Positions 62,434-64,000 of a DNA stretch of 64,000 nt are shown here, in pieces; within the stretch, counting starts at the first letter, position 1; every line of letters starts with the position of its first letter. The translations under genes and the position numbers were made by a program. Source of the DNA: Eledone cirrhosa. Lineage: Eukaryota. The notes beneath the pieces are model-generated. The model had not been told where the DNA came from. It ran no database searches and saw only the letters and a list, made by a program, of their open reading frames with translations. The stretch covers positions 87,110,001 through 87,174,000 of the forward strand of contig OZ024740.1 in NCBI GenBank assembly GCA_964016885.1. The letters are read 5' to 3'.

Positions 62434-63833
62434 ACACATTTAAATTAAATGAAATTAAGGGAGTCATGTCCGAGACATGCGCCATATCCACTGTAGAATA
62501 AGCTCAAAGATTCCAATGAATAGATCCGAGCATTGCAACAGGTGCGATGGGTCACTCGCAGATTTGCATTTGATGTGTAAACACAGATAGTTAAATCTTC
62601 TCCCTTGCTGAAGATCCGAGATTTGGCTGCTGTGACTTTACGGATTAATGCTGAAATATGTTTCTTTAACGAAATATGTACAAGGAAGATTAATCATTTT
62701 TTAAAAGGTAACATTTGAAGCTCTAGTTAAACTTTAATTAGTTACCTACCTAGCTATGTGTGATTATACACTTTACAAATTATCTCCTGTGATTGTTTCA
62801 TGTATTTATTCTAGTTGATATGTATATGTATATATAGACACACACACACACACACACACACACACATTGGCAACAACTATCAATGATTGTTGCTATAAAG
62901 TTAGAACATTTCACAATATTTTCTTCCTGATTAGAAAATAAAGGAAAAAAAACAGAAAAAAGAGAAATAGCTGCAATAAACATTGCAAATGGAATAACAA
63001 GTGAAGGTTAGCAGAAATAGCTGGTCCACTCTATAAATAAACACATCAATGAAGCTATCAAAAACAAAGTCTTCTTTACAGAGCCAGAATGTCTAAACTA
63101 CTAGCATTCAGATTCTTTTTCAGTGTGTGATTACAGGTCTTATATAAAAACCAAAAGCTCAATTGTTATATAAAGAAAAAATGTTAACATATAATGCATT
63201 GAAACAAGTATGTAAAATATGGACACTGTTTGTGTGTAATGTCTGTATGTTGTTTTGAAACAACACGAGGTTGTTTAGTACACATTTCTACATATCCTCT
63301 ATGGTTTCTGTTCAGGAAAGTGATTGAGGTTTTCAGAAGTTGAGACCACTGTGTAGACCACCAGAGAGAATATTGTAGAGTGATACAATTCTATGGTTAA
63401 TTTCACACACATAATCAATTAAAATCATCATCATCATCATCATCATCGTATATATATATATATATATCTGCTTCTCTTCTGTGGGTGTTCCCAAAGGAAC
63501 AACAAAGATATTTTCTGTCACATTGTCTGTAACATTCAATGTTTTTTAAATATTATAAATTACTCTGGAGTTTTCTGTTTCTAGCTTGTGGTTTTCATTA
63601 TTCTTCTAAATAAAGTAACTTTACATTACATTACATATGATCACCTGCTTCGTCATGATGCTATAGTTTGGAAATATATATATATATATCTATATATATA
63701 TATCATGTTTATGTATTTGTTCCATAAGATTCCTCATGTGAAACCTAGAAACTGAAAACAGAATAAGACACATGAGGGAAGAAAAATGGACAACACAGAT
63801 CCAAACAATGCAATTTACAAGAACACACACATG

Positions 63834-63914
63834 CACACAAGGCACACATATACAAGCCAAATACATAGACACACACAAGGCACACATATACAAGCCAAAT
63901 ACATAGACACACAC
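63834..63914. repeat. 38-bp tandem duplication
   Basis: cacacaaggcacacatatacaagccaaatacatagaca occurs twice. Confidence 0.85.
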
Positions 63915-64000
63915 AGCGCAGACAAAAAAAAAATGTACCACAGAAAGACAAAATGGAGTAAATTGAACAGGACCAAAAAGAAGAAGAGACAAATAATCAG

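Noticed and set aside
62450-62670. Hammerhead-like ctgaaga-tccg...cgga segment
   Set aside because: GAAA does not follow stem II directly, and no stem III or downstream stem I partner is present.

Overview
AT-rich, microsatellite-laden animal genomic DNA. The SINE and LINE repertoire suggests a cephalopod, probably Octopus (inference). Almost all short ORFs in the supplied track are artefacts of (TA)n tracts or are TE fragments. The only host coding sequence I can support is one 132-bp minus-strand exon (19838-19969) encoding the first half of an Ig domain of a nephrin/Sticks-and-stones/SYG-2 (IRM family) protein, so the window is probably mostly giant introns. The 32-54 kb segment is a dense nest of young repeats. 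It holds (i) a ~3.9-kb array of near-identical 476-bp units that flips orientation at a 7-bp internal inverted repeat, forming a palindrome with ~1.7-kb arms; (ii) a nearly intact RTE-clade LINE with a C4HC3 PHD finger inside its reverse transcriptase region and a single 1-bp frameshift; (iii) a Penelope-like fragment with a type I hammerhead ribozyme motif; and (iv) a near full-length but dead Tx1/L1-clade LINE with a 9-bp TSD, whose ORF1/ORF2 junction looks like a 32-nt GT-AG mini-intron that would fuse the ORFs in frame. A young tRNA-derived SINE appears to be a chimera of two RTE families, both present in the window. All calls were made by eye without alignment tools, and boundaries of old repeats are approximate.
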